Shown: positions 41,626 to 55,200 of the stretch, in pieces
How positions within the stretch are numbered: the first letter of the stretch is position 1
Layout: every line of letters begins with the position of its first letter
Program-made: the position numbers and the translations under genes
The notes under the pieces: generated by a model
What the model was told of the DNA's origin: nothing
Seen by the model: only the letters and a program-made list of their open reading frames with translations
Database searches by the model: none
DNA from: Malacoraja senta
Taxonomy: Eukaryota
Length of the DNA stretch: 64,000 nucleotides
Direction of reading: 5' to 3'
Assembly (NCBI GenBank): GCA_038087875.1
Contig: JAXLNO010000158.1
Coordinates: 1-64,000, forward strand

Positions 41626-44600
41626 ATATAGATACATAGAAAATAGGTGCAAGAGTAGGCCATTCGGCCCTTCAAGCCTGCACCGCCATTCAATATGATC
41701 ATGGCTGATCATCCAACTCAGTATCCCGTACCTGCCTTCTCTCCATACCCCCTGATCCCTTTAGCCACAAGGGCCACATCTAACTCCCTCTTAAATATAG
41801 CCAATGAACTGGCCTCAACTACCCTCTGTGGCAGAGAGTTCCAGAGATTCACCACTCTCTGTGTGAAAACGTTTTTCCTCATCTGGGTCTTAAAGGATTT
41901 CCCCCTTATCCTTAAGCTGTGACCCCTTGTCCTGGACTTCCCCAACATCGGGAACAATCTTCCTGCATCTAGCCTGTCCAACCCCATAAGAATTTTGTAC
42001 GTTTCTATAAGATCCCCTCTCAATCTCCTAAATTCTAGCGAGTATAAGCCAAGTCTATCCAGTCTTTCTTCATATGAAAGTCCTGACATCCCAGGAATCA
42101 GTCTGGTGAACCTTCTCTGCACTCCCTCTATGGCTATAATGTCCTTCCTCAGATTTGGAGACCAAAACTGTACGCAATACTCCAGGTGTGGTCTCACCAA
42201 GACCCTGTACAACTGCAGTAGAACCTCCCTGTTCCTATACTCAAATCCTCTTGCTATGAAGGCCAACATACCATTCGCTTTCTTCACTGCCTGCTGCACC
42301 TGCATGCCTACTTTCAATGACTGGTGTACCATGACACCCAGGTCTCGCTGCACCTCCCCATTTCCTAATCGGCCACCATTTAGATAATAGTCTGCCTTCC
42401 CGTTTTTGCCACCAAAGTGGATAACTTCACATTTATCCACATTATACTGCATCTGCCAAACATTTGCCCACTCACCCAGCCTATCCAAGTCACCTTGCAG
42501 TCTCCTAGCATCCTCCTCACAGCTAACACTGCCCCCCAGCTTAGTGTCATCTGCAAACTTGGAGATGTTGCTTTCAATTCCCTCGTCCAGATCATTAATA
42601 TAAATTGTAAATAGCTGGGGTCCCAGCACTGAGCCTTGCGGTACCCCACTAGTCACTGCCTGCCATTGTGAAAAGGACCCGTTTACTCCTACTCTTTGCT
42701 TCCTGTTTGCCAGCCAGTTCTCTATCCACATCAATACTGAACCCCCAATACCGTGTGATTTAAGTTTGTATCCTAATCTCTTATGTGGTACCTTGTCGAA
42801 AGCCTTCTGAAAGTCCAGATACAACACATCCACTGGTTCTCCCCTATCCACTCTACTAGTTACATCCTCGAAAAATTCTATAAGATTCGTCAGACACGAT
42901 TTACCTTTCGTAAATCTATGCTGACTTTGTCCAATGATTTCACCACTTTCCAAATGTGCTGCTGTCCCATCTTTAATAACTGACTCTAGCAGTTTCCCCA
43001 CTACCGATGTTAGACTAACTGGTCTGTAATTCCCCGTTTTCTCTCTCCCTCCCTTCTTAAAAAGTGGGGTTACGTTTGCTACCCTCCAATCCTCAGGAAC
43101 TACTCCAGAATCTAAAGAATTTTGAAAAATTATCACTAATGCATCCACTATTTCTGGAGCTACTTCCTTAAGTACTCTGGGATGCAGCCTATCTGGCCCT
43201 GGTGATTTATCGGCCTTTAATCCATTCAATTTACCCAACACCACTTCCCGACTAACCTGGATTTCACTCAGTTCCTCCATCTCCTTTGACCCGCGGCCCC
43301 CTGCTATTTCCGGCAGATTATTTATGTCTTCCTTAGTGAAGACGGAACCAAAGTAGTTATTCGATTGGTCCGCCATATCCTTGTTCCCCATGATCAATTC
43401 ACCTGTTTCTGACTGCAAGGGACCTACATTTGTTTTAACTAATCTCTTTCTCTTCACATATCTATAAAAACTTTTGCAGTCAGTTTTTATGTTCTCTGCC
43501 AGTTTCCTTTCATAATCTATTTTCCCTTTCCTAATTAAGCCCTTTGTCCTCCTCTGCTGGTCTCTGAATTTCTCCCAGTCCTCTGGTATGCTGCTTTTTC
43601 TGGCTAATTTGTACGCAACATCTTTTGCTTTGATACTATCCCTGATTTCCCTTGTTATCCACGGATGCACTACCTTCCCTGATTTATTCTTTTGCCAAAC
43701 TGGGATGAACATTTTTTGTAGTTCATCCATGCAGTCTTTAAATGCCTTCCATTGCATATCCACCGTCAACCCTTTTAGAACTAATTGCCAGTCAATCTTG
43801 GCCAATTCACGTCTCATACCCTCAAAGTTACCTTTCTTTAAGTTCAGAACCGTTGTTTCTGAATTAACAATGTCACTCTCCATCCTAATGAAGAACTCAA
43901 CCATATTATGGTCACTCTTGCCCAAGGGGGCACGCACAACAAGTCTGCTAACTAACCCTTCCTCATTACTCAATACCCAGTCTAGAATAGCCTGCTCTCT
44001 CGTTGGTTCCTCTACATGTTGGTTTAGATAACTATCCCTCATACATTCCAAGAAATCCTCTTCCTCAGCACCCCTGCCAATTTGATTCACCCAATCTATA
44101 TGTAGATTGAAGTCACCCATTATAACTGTTTTGCCTTTGTTGCACGCATTTCTAATTTCCTGTTTGATGCCATCCCCAACTTCACTACTACTGCTAGGTG
44201 GCCTGTACACAACACCCACCAGCGTTTTCTGCCCCTTAGTGTTTCGTAGCTCTACCCATACCGATTCCACATCCTCCAAGCTAATGTCCTTCCTTTCCAC
44301 TGCGTTAATCTCCTCTCTAACCAGCATCGCTACCCCACCTCCTTTTCCTTTCTCTCTATCCCTCCTGAATATTGAATATCCCTGGATGTTCAGCTCCCAG
44401 CCTTGGTCACCCTGGAGCCATGTCTCCGTGATCCCAACTATATCATAATCATTAATTGCTATCTGCACGTTCAACTCATCGACCTTATTACGAATGCTCC
44501 TTGCATTGAGACACAAAGCCTTCAGGCTTGTTTTTACAACGCTCTTACCCCTTATACAATTATGTTGGAAAGTGGCTCTTTTTGATTTTTGCCCTGGATT

Positions 44601-44850
44601 TGTCTGCCTGCCACTTTTACTTTTCACCTTGCTACCTATTGCTTCCGCCCGCATTTTGCACCCCTCTGTTTCTCTGCTCACCCATTTAAGAACCCCACCA
44701 CCTCTTATTCTCTGTTTATTATTGTTTTCTTCTTTCCCCCCTACATGTTGGGTCTGAGTGCTTTCCTTCTCTGCCTCCTGCCTAATAGCATTCTCTATTT
44801 GAGTCCCTCCCCCCAACCATTCTAGTTTGAAGTCTCCCCAGTAGCCTTAG
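41626..44850 (-). mobile_element. CR1 subfamily A, young copy truncated at the end of ORF1
   Basis: Contains a complete ORF2 and the 3' tail. Confidence 0.95.
41718..44816 (-). CDS. CR1 ORF2 (APE endonuclease plus reverse transcriptase), open frame
   Basis: 1032-codon frame with a TTG start as called: LNARS, ITETW, GDFN, SDH, then RT motifs including KFADD. Confidence 0.93.
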   Translation of the reverse strand: MGGGTQIENAIRQEAEKESTQTQHVGGKEENNNKQRIRGGGVLKWVSRETEGCKMRAEAIGSKVKSKSGRQTNPGQKSKRATFQHNCIRGKSVVKTSLKALCLNARSIRNKVDELNVQIAINDYDIVGITETWLQGDQGWELNIQGYSIFRRDREKGKGGGVAMLVREEINAVERKDISLEDVESVWVELRNTKGQKTLVGVVYRPPSSSSEVGDGIKQEIRNACNKGKTVIMGDFNLHIDWVNQIGRGAEEEDFLECMRDSYLNQHVEEPTREQAILDWVLSNEEGLVSRLVVRAPLGKSDHNMVEFFIRMESDIVNSETTVLNLKKGNFEGMRRELAKIDWQLVLKGLTVDMQWKAFKDCMDELQKMFIPVWQKNKSGKVVHPWITREIRDSIKAKDVAYKLARKSSIPEDWEKFRDQQRRTKGLIRKGKIDYERKLAENIKTDCKSFYRYVKRKRLVKTNVGPLQSETGELIMGNKDMADQSNNYFGSVFTKEDINNLPEIAGGRGSKEMEELSEIQVSREVVLGKLNGLKADKSPGPDRLHPRVLKEVAPEIVDALVIIFQNSLDSGVVPEDWRVANVTPLFKKGGREKTGNYRPVSLTSVVGKLLESVIKDGTAAHLESGEIIGQSQHRFTKGKSCLTNLIEFFEDVTSRVDRGEPVDVLYLDFQKAFDKVPHKRLGYKLKSHGIGGSVLMWIENWLANRKQRVGVNGSFSQWQAVTSGVPQGSVLGPQLFTIYINDLDEGIESNISKFADDTKLGGSVSCEEDARRLQGDLDRLGEWANVWQMQYNVDKCEVIHFGGKNGKADYYLNGGRLGNGEVQRDLGVMVHQSLKVGMQVQQAVKKANGMLAFIARGFEYRNREVLLQLYRVLVRPHLEYCVQFWSPNLRKDIIAIEGVQRRFTRLIPGMSGLSYEERLDRLGLYSLEFRRLRGDLIETYKILMGLDRLDAGRLFPMLGKSRTRGHSLRIRGKSFKTQMRKNVFTQRVVNLWNSLPQRVVEASSLAIFKRELDVALVAKGIRGYGEKAGTGY

Positions 44851-44942
44851 TTTAATCGTGGGCAGTGTTAGGGTGAATATTCAATAAAATGAAAGAATTA
44901 TGGCAAGTGTATGCAAAGCGATACGATATTGATTACTATAGA

Positions 44943-45432
44943 AATCAATCAATCAATCAATCAGTTTTATTCATCACATACACATATAAGTGCAGTGAAA
45001 TGAATTTGCCAGCAGCTGTACAATCAAAAAAGAACACACAATACACAATACAATTTAACACATCCACCACAGCATTCTTCACTGTGGTGGAAGGCACAAA
45101 GTACAGTCAGTCCTCCTCCATTGCTCACCCGTGGTCGGGGCCATAAACCTCTGCAGTCGCCGATACGGACGGCCCGATGTGCAGGCCCTCTCGTCGGGAC
45201 GGTCGAACACACTCCGCGGCTTGGAGGTCCCAAATCGGTGCTTTCCTACAGGAGACCGCGGCTTCACGATGTTGTAGGCCGCAAGCCGGCGGTCGGAGCT
45301 CTTCTCTGGCTGTCCCAGGCGAGGGAACCCAGGCTCCACATGGTAAGTCCATGCCGCACCTGCAGCTAGAAGCTCCGCAGACCGCGGCTTCAGGATGTAA
45401 CAGGCCAGCGATCGGAGCACTCCCTTCTGGTG
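44943..45432 (-). mobile_element. GC-rich non-autonomous retroelement, partial copy with (TGAT)n tail
   Basis: Shares motifs with 55574-56065, 57465-58438 and about 35750-35955. Confidence 0.6.
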
Positions 45433-45917
45433 ACAAAAATGGGACATTTTTGACGTGGAGAGATTAGCTTCTGGACAGATTTTAGGAACAGAACTCTTAT
45501 ATAACCCAGGGACTACCCTTATTTTTTTGCAATGTCTCCACAGTGGTCTGATGAAAGTAACTGCAGCCAGTCTGATCTCACCTCATACCTCAAGCTTCTC
45601 TTCCTGAGTATTACCTCAGTGAATCAATTTTGCATCATTTCTATGGCTGAATGTCTTTCCAAAGACTGACGCATGCGTCCTGAAGATCTGCAATGGGAAC
45701 ACATGTTTGGGCAAGTGCTGAGGTCCATCAATGGTTGTAATAATGGTGGGAAAACCAGATCTTCCAGACATTGAAAGCTATTTTCCTTCTTCTGCTCTTC
45801 ACATCCTTGTATCCCTGTTGTTAACACATCTTCCCCAGTCAACAATGGGCCATTATGGACTCCACCCTTCCTGAGGTCATCTGTTGCCAACTGTTCTGGC
45901 CTTTTCTATCTTTCAGA

Positions 45918-46050
45918 CTGAAGAAGGGTTCTGACCCGAAACGTAACCCATTCTTTTTCTCCAGAGAGGCTGCCTGACCCGCTGAGTTACTCCAGCATTT
46001 TGTGTCTATCTTTTGTGTAAACCCGCATCTGCAGTTCCTTCCTACACATT
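45918..46050 (+). mobile_element. Penelope-derived mini-element with hammerhead core (45918-45945)
   Basis: CTGAAGA-A-GGGT-TCTG-ACCC-GAAAC-GTA. Confidence 0.72.
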
Positions 46051-46176
46051 CTTTCTTATGCTGACAGAGCTTTGTAACAGAACCCTGGATAAACAGTGAA
46101 TACCTTTTCCCATCAAAAATCATAGTTTCCAAGCTGAAGAATCTAGGAAAGTACCGTGTGCAAAGTGACAACAGTG

Positions 46177-47057
46177 ACAATAGACAATAGACAATAGGAG
46201 CAGGAGTAGGCCATTTGGCCGTTCGAGCCAGGACCGCCATTCAATGTGATCATGGCTGATAATCCCCAATCAGTACCCTGTTCCTGCCTTCTCCCCATAT
46301 CCCCTGACTCCGCTATTTTTAAGAGCCCTATCTAGCTCTCTCTTGAAAGCATCCAGAGAACCTGCCTCCACCGCCCTCTGAGGCAGAGAATTCCACAGAC
46401 TCACCACTCTCTATGAGAAAAAGTGTTTCCTCGTCTCCGTTCTAATTGGCTTACTCCTTATTCTTAAACTATTCCAGAGTTTACAAGCCCAGCTGTTCCA
46501 TTCTCTCAGCATAGGACAGTCCCGCCATCCCGGGAATTAACCTTGTAAACCTACGCTGCACTCCCTCAATAGCAAGAATGTCCTTCCTCAAATTAGGGGA
46601 CCAAAACTGCACACAATACTCCAGATGTGGTCTCACTAGGGCTCTGTACAACTGCAGAAGGACCTCTTTGCTCCTATATTCGATTCCTCTTGTTATAAAG
46701 GCCAACATGCCATTCGCTTTCTTCACTGCCTGCTGTACCTGCATGCTTACTTTCATAGACTGATGTACAAGGATCCCCAGATCCCATTGTACTTCCCCTA
46801 TTCCCAACTTGACGCCATTTAGATAGTAATCTGCCTTCCTGTTTTTGCTACCAAAGTGGATAACCTCACATTTATCTGCATTAAACTTCATCTGCCATGC
46901 ATCTGCCCACTCCCCCAACATGTCCAAGTCATCCTGCATTCTCATAGCATCCTCCTCACAGTTCACATTGCCACCCAGCTTTGTGTCATCTGCAAATTTG
47001 TTAATGTTACTTTGAATCCCTGCATCCAAATCATTGATGTATATTGTAAATAGCTGT
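46177..47057 (-). mobile_element. CR1 subfamily B fragment with internal deletion
   Basis: ORF 46481-47029 including KFADD; jumps to the 3' end near 46470. Confidence 0.88.
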
Positions 47058-47199
47058 AAAATCCAGGTACACTACATCCACGATGAGCCATTCATTTCTT
47101 GTAATGGCTGAAACCCGTGGGAAAGGTGTCAGAAGGGAAAAAGTTTAAAACTGAGGAATTTGATTTGTAAATTGGCAAATTAGGCAATTTATCAGCCAA

Positions 47200-50100
47200 T
47201 ATAAGCAAAGCTGCTCTAGGTGAGCGGCAGTGAGGGAGCGGCCTTGTGAGTCTTTGGCTCGAGAATCTTAGGAGAGGAGACTACTCAAAAAGCTGGAGAG
47301 GACGGGACGCGGTGAACACATGATGGGTAAGATGAGAGTGTGATGCTTGCAGGATGTGGAAGGCCAGGAACACGGATGGAGCCTCTGGCTGCTACAACAG
47401 TGGCAAGTGCGTCCAGGTTCAGCTCCTGAAGGACCGTGTTGGAGCACTTGAGAAGCAGCTGGATGACCTCAGGGCCATCCGGGAATATGAGAGTTTCCTG
47501 GACAGGACCTACAGTGAGGTGGTCACGCCGAGGATACGGGAAGAACATAGGTGTGTGACGGAGAGAAAGGGTGGTAACCGTGGACGCTTCCAGTCCTAGC
47601 AGCGGGCACGTCGGTGGCTCCAATGCTAGAGATGGGAGTCGACTGGCGAGACTGACGTCGGGCAGAGCCCTAGTGGTGGGTGACTCCATTGTCTGAGGTG
47701 CGGACAGGAGATTCTGTGGCGGCAGGCGAGACGCGCGGATGGTCTGTTGCCTCCCTGGTGCCAGGGTTCAAGATGTCATGAACCAAATTCAGAACATCCT
47801 CAAGAGGGAAGGTGAACAACCGGCAGTAGTTGTGCACATAGGCACAAACGACATCGGGATGAAGAGGAAGGAGGTTCTGCAACATGAGTTCAGAGAGTTA
47901 GGAAGAAGACTGAAAAGCAGGACTTCTAGGGTGGTCATAGAAACATAGATAATATCTCTGCATTGCTTCCAGTACCTCGTGCTAGTGAGGACAAGAACAG
48001 GGAGATAGGGGATCTGATTGTGTGGCTGAGGGGCTGGTGCAGGGAGCAAGGATTTAGATTTATAGACCACTGGGATCTCTTCTGGGGTAGGGGTGACATG
48101 TACAAATGGGACGGATTACACCTTAACTGGAGGGGGACAGATGTTCTGGCAGGCAGGTTTGCTAGGGCTACACGTGTGGGTTTAAACTAAATAGTGGGGG
48201 GGAGGGATTAACATATTGGGAGTATAAAGATGGAGTTGAAGGGGAAGTGAGTACAGGAAAGGTTACAAAAGACTTATGAATTAATTGGAAGGAAAGTTCG
48301 AGAAGGGATAAGAGAGTAAGGTCAGGGCCAATTGCGAGCGGTGCAAGAGGGGAGGTGAATACCGAGGTCAAAGTGTTGTATATGAATGTGCGAAGTACAA
48401 GAAATAAAGTGGACGAACTTGAGGCTCAGTTAGAAATTGGCAAGTATGATGTTGTGGGAATTACAGATACATGGCTGCAAGAGGGCCAGGGCTGGGAGCT
48501 GAATATTCAAGGGTATACCTCTTATCGAAAAGACAGACAGGTGGGAAGAGGGGGTGGGGTAGCTCTGTTGATGAGGAATTAAATTCAGTCCCTTGCAAGG
48601 GGTGACATTGAAACAGGAGATGTAGAGCCAGTATGGATAGAACTAAGGAATTGTAAGGGTAAAAAGACCCTAATGGGACATCTGCAGGCCCCCAAACAGT
48701 AGTCTGGATATAGGGTGCAAGTTGAATCAGGAGTTAAAATTGGCATGTAGTAAAGGTAATGCTACGGTTGTTATGGGAGATTTCAACATGCAGGTAGACT
48801 GCGAAAATCAGGTTGGTACTGGACCCCAAGAAAGGAAGTTTGTAGAGTGCCTCCATGATGGATTCTTAGAGCAGCTTGTATTGGAGCCTACCAGGGAGAA
48901 GGCAATTCTGGATTTAGTGTTGTGCAATGAACCAGATTTGATAAAGGAACTTGATCTTAAGGAGCCATTAGGAGGTAGTGACCATAATATGGTCAAGTTT
49001 AATCTACAATTGGAGAGGGAGAAGGGTAAATCGGAGGTGTCAGAGTTACAATTGAATAAAGGCGACTATGGAGCCATGAGGGAGGAGCTGGCCAAAGTTG
49101 ACTGGAAAGATACCATAGCAGGGATGACAGTGGAACAACAATGGCAGGTATTTCTGGGAATAATACAGAAGGTGCAGGGTCAGTTCATTCCAAAGAAGAA
49201 GAAAGATTCCAAGGGGAGTAAGGCACGACAGTGGCTGACAAGGGACATCAGGGACAGTATAAAAATAAAAGAGAAGAATTACAACGTAGCAAAGATGAGC
49301 GGGAAGCAAGAGGATTGGGTAATGTTTAAAGAGCAACAGAAGATAACTAAAAAGGCAATATGGGGAGAAAAGCTGAGGTACGAAGGTAAGCTAGCCAAGA
49401 ATATAAAGGAGGATAGTTAAAGCTTATTTAGGTATGTGAAGAGGAAAAAATTGTTAAGGCCAAAGTTGGACCCTTGAAGACTAAAAAAGGTGAATTTATT
49501 ATGGGGAACAAGGAAATGGCAGATGAGTTGAACAGGTACTTTGGATCCGTCTTCACTAAGGAGGACGCAAACAATCTTCCTGATATACTAGTGGCCAGAG
49601 GATCTGGTGTGACGGAGCAACTGAAGGAAATTCACATTAGGCAGGAATTAATGTTGGATAGACTGATGGGACTGAAGGCTGATAACTCCCCAGGGCCTGA
49701 TGGTCTGCATCCCAGTGTACTTAAGGATGTGGCTCTAGAAATCGTGGATGCATTGGTGATAATTTTCCAATGTTCTTAGATTCAGGATCAGTTCCTGTGG
49801 ATTGGAGGGTAGCTAATGTTATCCCACTTTTTAAGAAAGGCAGGAGAGAGAAAACAGGGAATTATAGACCAGTTAGCCTGACCGGTGGTGGGGAAGATGC
49901 TGGAGTAAATTATGAACGATGAAATAGCGGCACATTTGGATAGCAGTAACAGGATCGTTCCGAGTCAGCATGGATTTACGAAGGGGAAATCATGCTTGAC
50001 TAATCTGGGAAAATGGACAACGGAGAGCCAGTGGATGTAGTGTACCTGGACTTTCAGAAACCATTTGATAAGGTCCCACATAGGAGATTAGTGGGCAAAA

Positions 50101-52233
50101 TTAGGGCACATGATATTGGGGATAGACTGCTGACATGGATAGAAAATTGGTTGGCAGACTGGAAACAAAGAGTAGGGATTAGCGGGTCCCTTTCAGAATG
50201 GCAGGCAGTGACTAGTGGGGTACAGCAAGGATCGGTGCTGGGACCGCAGCTATTTACAATATACATCAATGATTTTTTATTATTTATTTATTTTTCTTTT
50301 ATTTTTTTTTCTTTATTGAACATGTTAAAAAAATACAAACACAAAGAAACTTATAAGAAATAAAAAAGAAAATAAAACACAAAGGAAAACAAACAAATAA
50401 GTAACTCAAATAATACAAATAATATCGTTCATGTTCAAAAGGGGTAAGAAGAAGTTCGAAAACTTTTCTGGTCCTACCCCCTCTTATTTTCTATACATTT
50501 TCATGGAAAAACAAAATAATGGGAACAAATGGACCCAAAATCTGTTGAACAGTCCACAAACAAGAAATAACCAAACAGAAAAGAAAATCACTGCTCCAGC
50601 TCATAACCATTCAATCTTTTGTTTCTGAAGAGTGTTTTTAGTTTGAATAGAGTCTTACATTTTTTCAGCTCATCATGGCAGTTATTCCAGAGACTAACAC
50701 CCTTTGCTGTAACATAATGGAGTTTTGCATTTGTTCTTATTGCCGGTTTTTCGAATATATAGGTTCCTCTCAGGTTGTGTTTGCTTTCTCTCCGTTGGAA
50801 CAACCCCTGGATATTACAAGGCAATTGCTGATTTGCTGCTTTGAACATAATTTGGATAGTTTTATAATCTGTCAGATCTTTAAATTTTAATGTTTTTAGT
50901 CTGATAAATAATGGTTTTGTTGATTGTCTGTAGGTGGTTTTATGTATAATTCGTATTGCTCTTTTTTGGAGGATGAAGATTGGATGTGTATTTGTTTTGT
51001 ATGTATTTCTCCATACCTCCACACAGTAGATCATGTATGGGAGTATGAGGGAGCAGTGCAACATACACAGGGAGGCTTGATTTAGTAGGTCTCTGGCTTT
51101 ATTCAGTATTGCAATTGATTTGGATATTTTGGCTTTAATATAATTTATGTGAGATTTCCAAGTAAATTTGTTGTCAATTAATACTCCAAGAAATTTTATT
51201 TCTGATACTCTTTCTATTTCTGTGCCATTTATCATGAGCTTTTTCTCTGTGTTGGTTGATCGATTTCCAAATATTGATGAAGGGATTCAAAGTAATATTA
51301 GCAAATTTGCAGATGACACAAAGCTGGGTGGCAGTGTGAACTGTGAGGAGGATGCTATGAGAATGCAGGGTGACTTGGACAGGTTGGGTGAGTAGGCAGA
51401 TGCATGGCAGATGCAGTTTAATGTGGATAAATGTGAGGTTATCCACTTTGGTAGCAAAAACAGGAAGGCAGATTACTATCTAAATGATGTCAAGTTGGGA
51501 AAAGGAGAAGTACAACGGGATCTGGGGGATCCTTATTCATCAGTCAATGAAAGTACGCATGCAGATACAGCAGGCAGTGAAGAAAGCGAATGGCATGTTG
51601 ACCTTTATAACAAGAGGAGTTGAGTATAGGAGCAAAGAGGTCCTTCTGCAGTTGTACAGGGCACTCGTGAGACCACACCAGAGTATTGTGTGCAGTTTTG
51701 GTCCCCTAATTTGAGGAAGGACATTCTTGCTATTGAGGGAGTGCAGCGTAGGTTTACAAGGTTAATACCCGGGATGGCAGGACTATCATATGCTGAGAGA
51801 ATGGAGCAGCTGGGCTTGTATACTCTGGAGTTTAGCAGGATGAGAGGGAATCTTATTGAAACATATAAGATTATTAAGGGTTTGGACACGCTAGAGGCAG
51901 GAAACATGTTCCCGAAGTTGGGGGAGTCCAGAACCAGGGGCCAGAGTTTAAGAATAAGGGGGAAGGCATTTAGAACGGAGATGAGGAAACACTTTTTCTC
52001 ACAGAGAGTTGTGAGTCTGTGGAATTCTCTGCCTCAGAGGGCGATGGAGGCCGGTTCTCTGGATACTCTCAAGAGGGTGCTAGATAGGGCTCTTAAAGAT
52101 AGCGGAGTCAGGGGATATGGGGAGAAGGCAGGAATGGGGTATTGATTGGGGATGATCAGCCATGATCACATTGAATGGTGGTGCTTGCTCGAAGGGCCGA
52201 ATGGCCTACTGCACCTATTGTCTATTGTCTATT
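47200..52233 (+). mobile_element. Near-full-length degenerate CR1 subfamily B (ORF1 plus ORF2)
   Basis: ORF1 has a coiled coil and SGNH-esterase motifs (VGDS, CCLPGA, HIGTND, DGLHLN). ORF2 has APE and RT in broken frames. TCTATTG tail. Confidence 0.9.
50273..51272 (-). mobile_element. AT-rich L2/Crack-like LINE 3' fragment nested in CR1
   Basis: ORF 50588-51235 with IERVSEIKFLGVLIDNKFTWKSHI...LILPYMIYCVEVW...LQKRAIRII; AATAAA/TAAA tail; splits the host YIND|DEG. Confidence 0.75.
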
Positions 52234-55200
52234 ATAATGCACTTCATGCTGTGTATGATACTGTGTCAAGGAACGTATCATTCTAAAGAAACTTAAGGGG
52301 AAGTTTAGTAAATCTATATGTGGGAAGGGATCAAACAAACATACTTTTCAAAACTGAATTCTATCTCATTCTGGATGTACTAACTATTGCTCTAGTTTTA
52401 TTAATTCAGCTCATACATGTCAAGAGATCAGATGCTTCTTTGAAATGGTGTCTTCAATATTCATTCAAAACAATGAATAGGCGAGGAATTGTTCCAAGGA
52501 TCAGAATATTTTTTTTAATTTTTGCTTAATTTTAAAGGTTGTAATCCTGAAAATGTATCTTCAAATGTAATCAACAGCATTGTAGTAACACTGTATGTCC
52601 TATTATTAACCTGCATTTAAGAGTAAATAATTATTCCCACAATGTAACTTTCAAGACTTGGCAAAACATTAGTGCTTGAAGACAATTCTGACTTCTGCAG
52701 TTAATAACATCCAATTGAGGAAGATTGCTATTGATCAAATCATGGATAGTGATTATTGCTGGCAATTGTTTAAAACCAAGTGCTGCCAACTCTAAGTATA
52801 ACATTACAAATGCACCTCCTATCACACATCCTGCTCATATAAAATGAGATTAGGGATCTCCTTATCACCAGACACCGTAAAAATTGATATTTGTTCCACA
52901 TTTTTGTAAATGTCATATACTTCATAAAATGTTCCTCTCAGAACAATATATACCTTGTTTTTGTCCATAGCTTCGCTCTCTGGCCTTAGTGTGTTTATTA
53001 TGAAGCCAAATGACCTTCGATTTTATTTCCCCGAAGCTATCGCTTCAGTAAACTGCACTTTCCTGCTACACAAGAAATTTGCAATTCATCTTCCATATTT
53101 CCTTTGGTTTTACTTTTTCTTGGAATGTTTCCAAAATGAGTCTTTTTCCTGTAACTCAACAAAAAAAATGAACTAATCTATATAACTAAACTGGGCCAAG
53201 TTTTCTGTTATACTTTAATACCCATCCTGCAGACATTCCACCCCCTCCTTAATTACTTCACACTGCTTCTATTGAATAGGTCAAATAACCTTGACCCTTT
53301 TAACCTTTTTCATTTCACTTTCATTATTACTCATTTATTTTCTGCATTAAATCTGTTTTAAATCATTTCATATATTTTAATGACATTTGGCTTTTAGTCA
53401 TTACTAACACATTGCATTTTCAAAGTACAAATTTTATTGTAATGTATGATCTGTCTCTAAGGACAGAAGTCAGTGAGGGTTTTAAACAAATGTAATATAA
53501 GATATATAAGGAATTTTAACACCCTGAAGGGCTTAATCTTAATTTACAAATACTCCACGATAAAGGTAACAAAGATAACCAAAATGATTTAAATGTAATT
53601 TGATAAGTGTGCAGAACAGTACTGTATTCTGTAGAAGTGCAGAAATGGTAATACAGGGAGAAATGAGTGACATTAATTATTATACACGGTTATAGGATTT
53701 ATATTTATTTGAACAAAATAGTTGGTAGTCAAGTTAGTAAGATGCAAGTGAAATATTATTACAGCGTAAGGTAAATTAATAATTTCAGGATGTAATAAAT
53801 CTAATGCCAAAACTTGATTATGAAATACATTATTGTTGGGCAGTACAATTTTTCTGATATTTTTGTTATTACCTAATATCCATGTGCACCATACCAATTA
53901 TTCTAATGTTTGATTTAAGAAATAGTGTCGAATACATTTTGCATCTTATAAAATAGGCAAAACAGCCCATTTCATTAGTAACCCATCCAAATCCTGAACA
54001 TCACTCCCTCCATCACCAGAGTGTCATGACTGTATAAAAAACACAGTTATTTATCCAGGCTTCTTTAGCAGCTCTTCCCAATCCCATAGCGTCTGCCGCG
54101 AAGAAGGGCAAGGGCAGTCAGTAGTCATCAAGGCAAATGCCTGTCTCTAAGTCTATGGAATTGATGTGCTATAATGCTGAAAACTATGTTCTGCACTCTG
54201 TATCTTGCCCTTTGCTCCATCCATTTCCCTGAGTTAGACTTGATTGTATTTGTATATAATATTATCTGCCCAACAATAATGTATATAATAATGTAATGCC
54301 CAACAATAATGCATATCATAATCAAGATTTGCCATTAGATTTATTGTATCCAGAAATGATTAATCTACCTGCAAAATATATCAAAACATTTCAGTTCCAT
54401 GATCCTTCAATGTCTCTGCAGGTTTATGCAGAAATAATATCTTACTTTAGTTTAGTTTAGTTTGTGGTCACGAGTACCGAGGTACAGTGACGTTTTTTAA
54501 TGAATGCTGCCCACTCGGAGGAAAGACTATCCATGATTACTATTGAGCCATCCACAGCGTACAGATACATGATAAAGGGAATAACGTATAGTGCAAGATA
54601 AAGTCTAGTAAAATCCTATTAGAGTCCGAGGGTCTCCAATGTGGTCTCAGGACTGCTTTCCAGTTGTTGATTTTACTTGCATTTTACTAACTTGACTACC
54701 AACTATTTATGTATGTAAAACAAAGCTTTCCACTGTACCTCAGTACATGTGACAATAATAAACCTAAATCTAAACCTAAAGTCATGAGCCAACTCAATTG
54801 CAAGAAACAGCCCATACCTTCATTTTTATTGGGCCTAAAACCTATGCAGCAAACTGTGGGAACAGTTGGAGTACCTTCAATGATTCAATGTACCTTGGTA
54901 CGATGAAATGCTTTGTTTTGCATACAACCCAGTAAAATCATGTAGCAGACCTCACCTAGGCAGTACATAAGTTTTGGTGCCCATAAAGTTACTAAACTTA
55001 CACCTTCCCAGGGAATACAGTGTTTTAAGAAAATGGTTCATCACCACTTTCCCAAGACAATTCGGGGTAGATGATGAATGGGTAGTAAATACTGGGTAGA
55101 CAAAAATGCTGGAGAAACTCAGCGGGTGAGGCAGCATCTATGGAGCGAAGGAAATAGGCAACGTTTCGGGTCGAAACCCTACTTCAGACTGGTCATACTG

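Noticed and set aside
45544..45830. Possible ptgfr last exon (LLFLSITSVNQ after a CACAG acceptor) or a minus-strand exon
   Set aside because: No DPWVY motif or TM7 arginine, and stops occur in every candidate frame.
52953..53149. Minus-strand segment bounded by AG/GT-like sites
   Set aside because: Stops in all three frames and no recognisable homology; a non-coding exon cannot be excluded.
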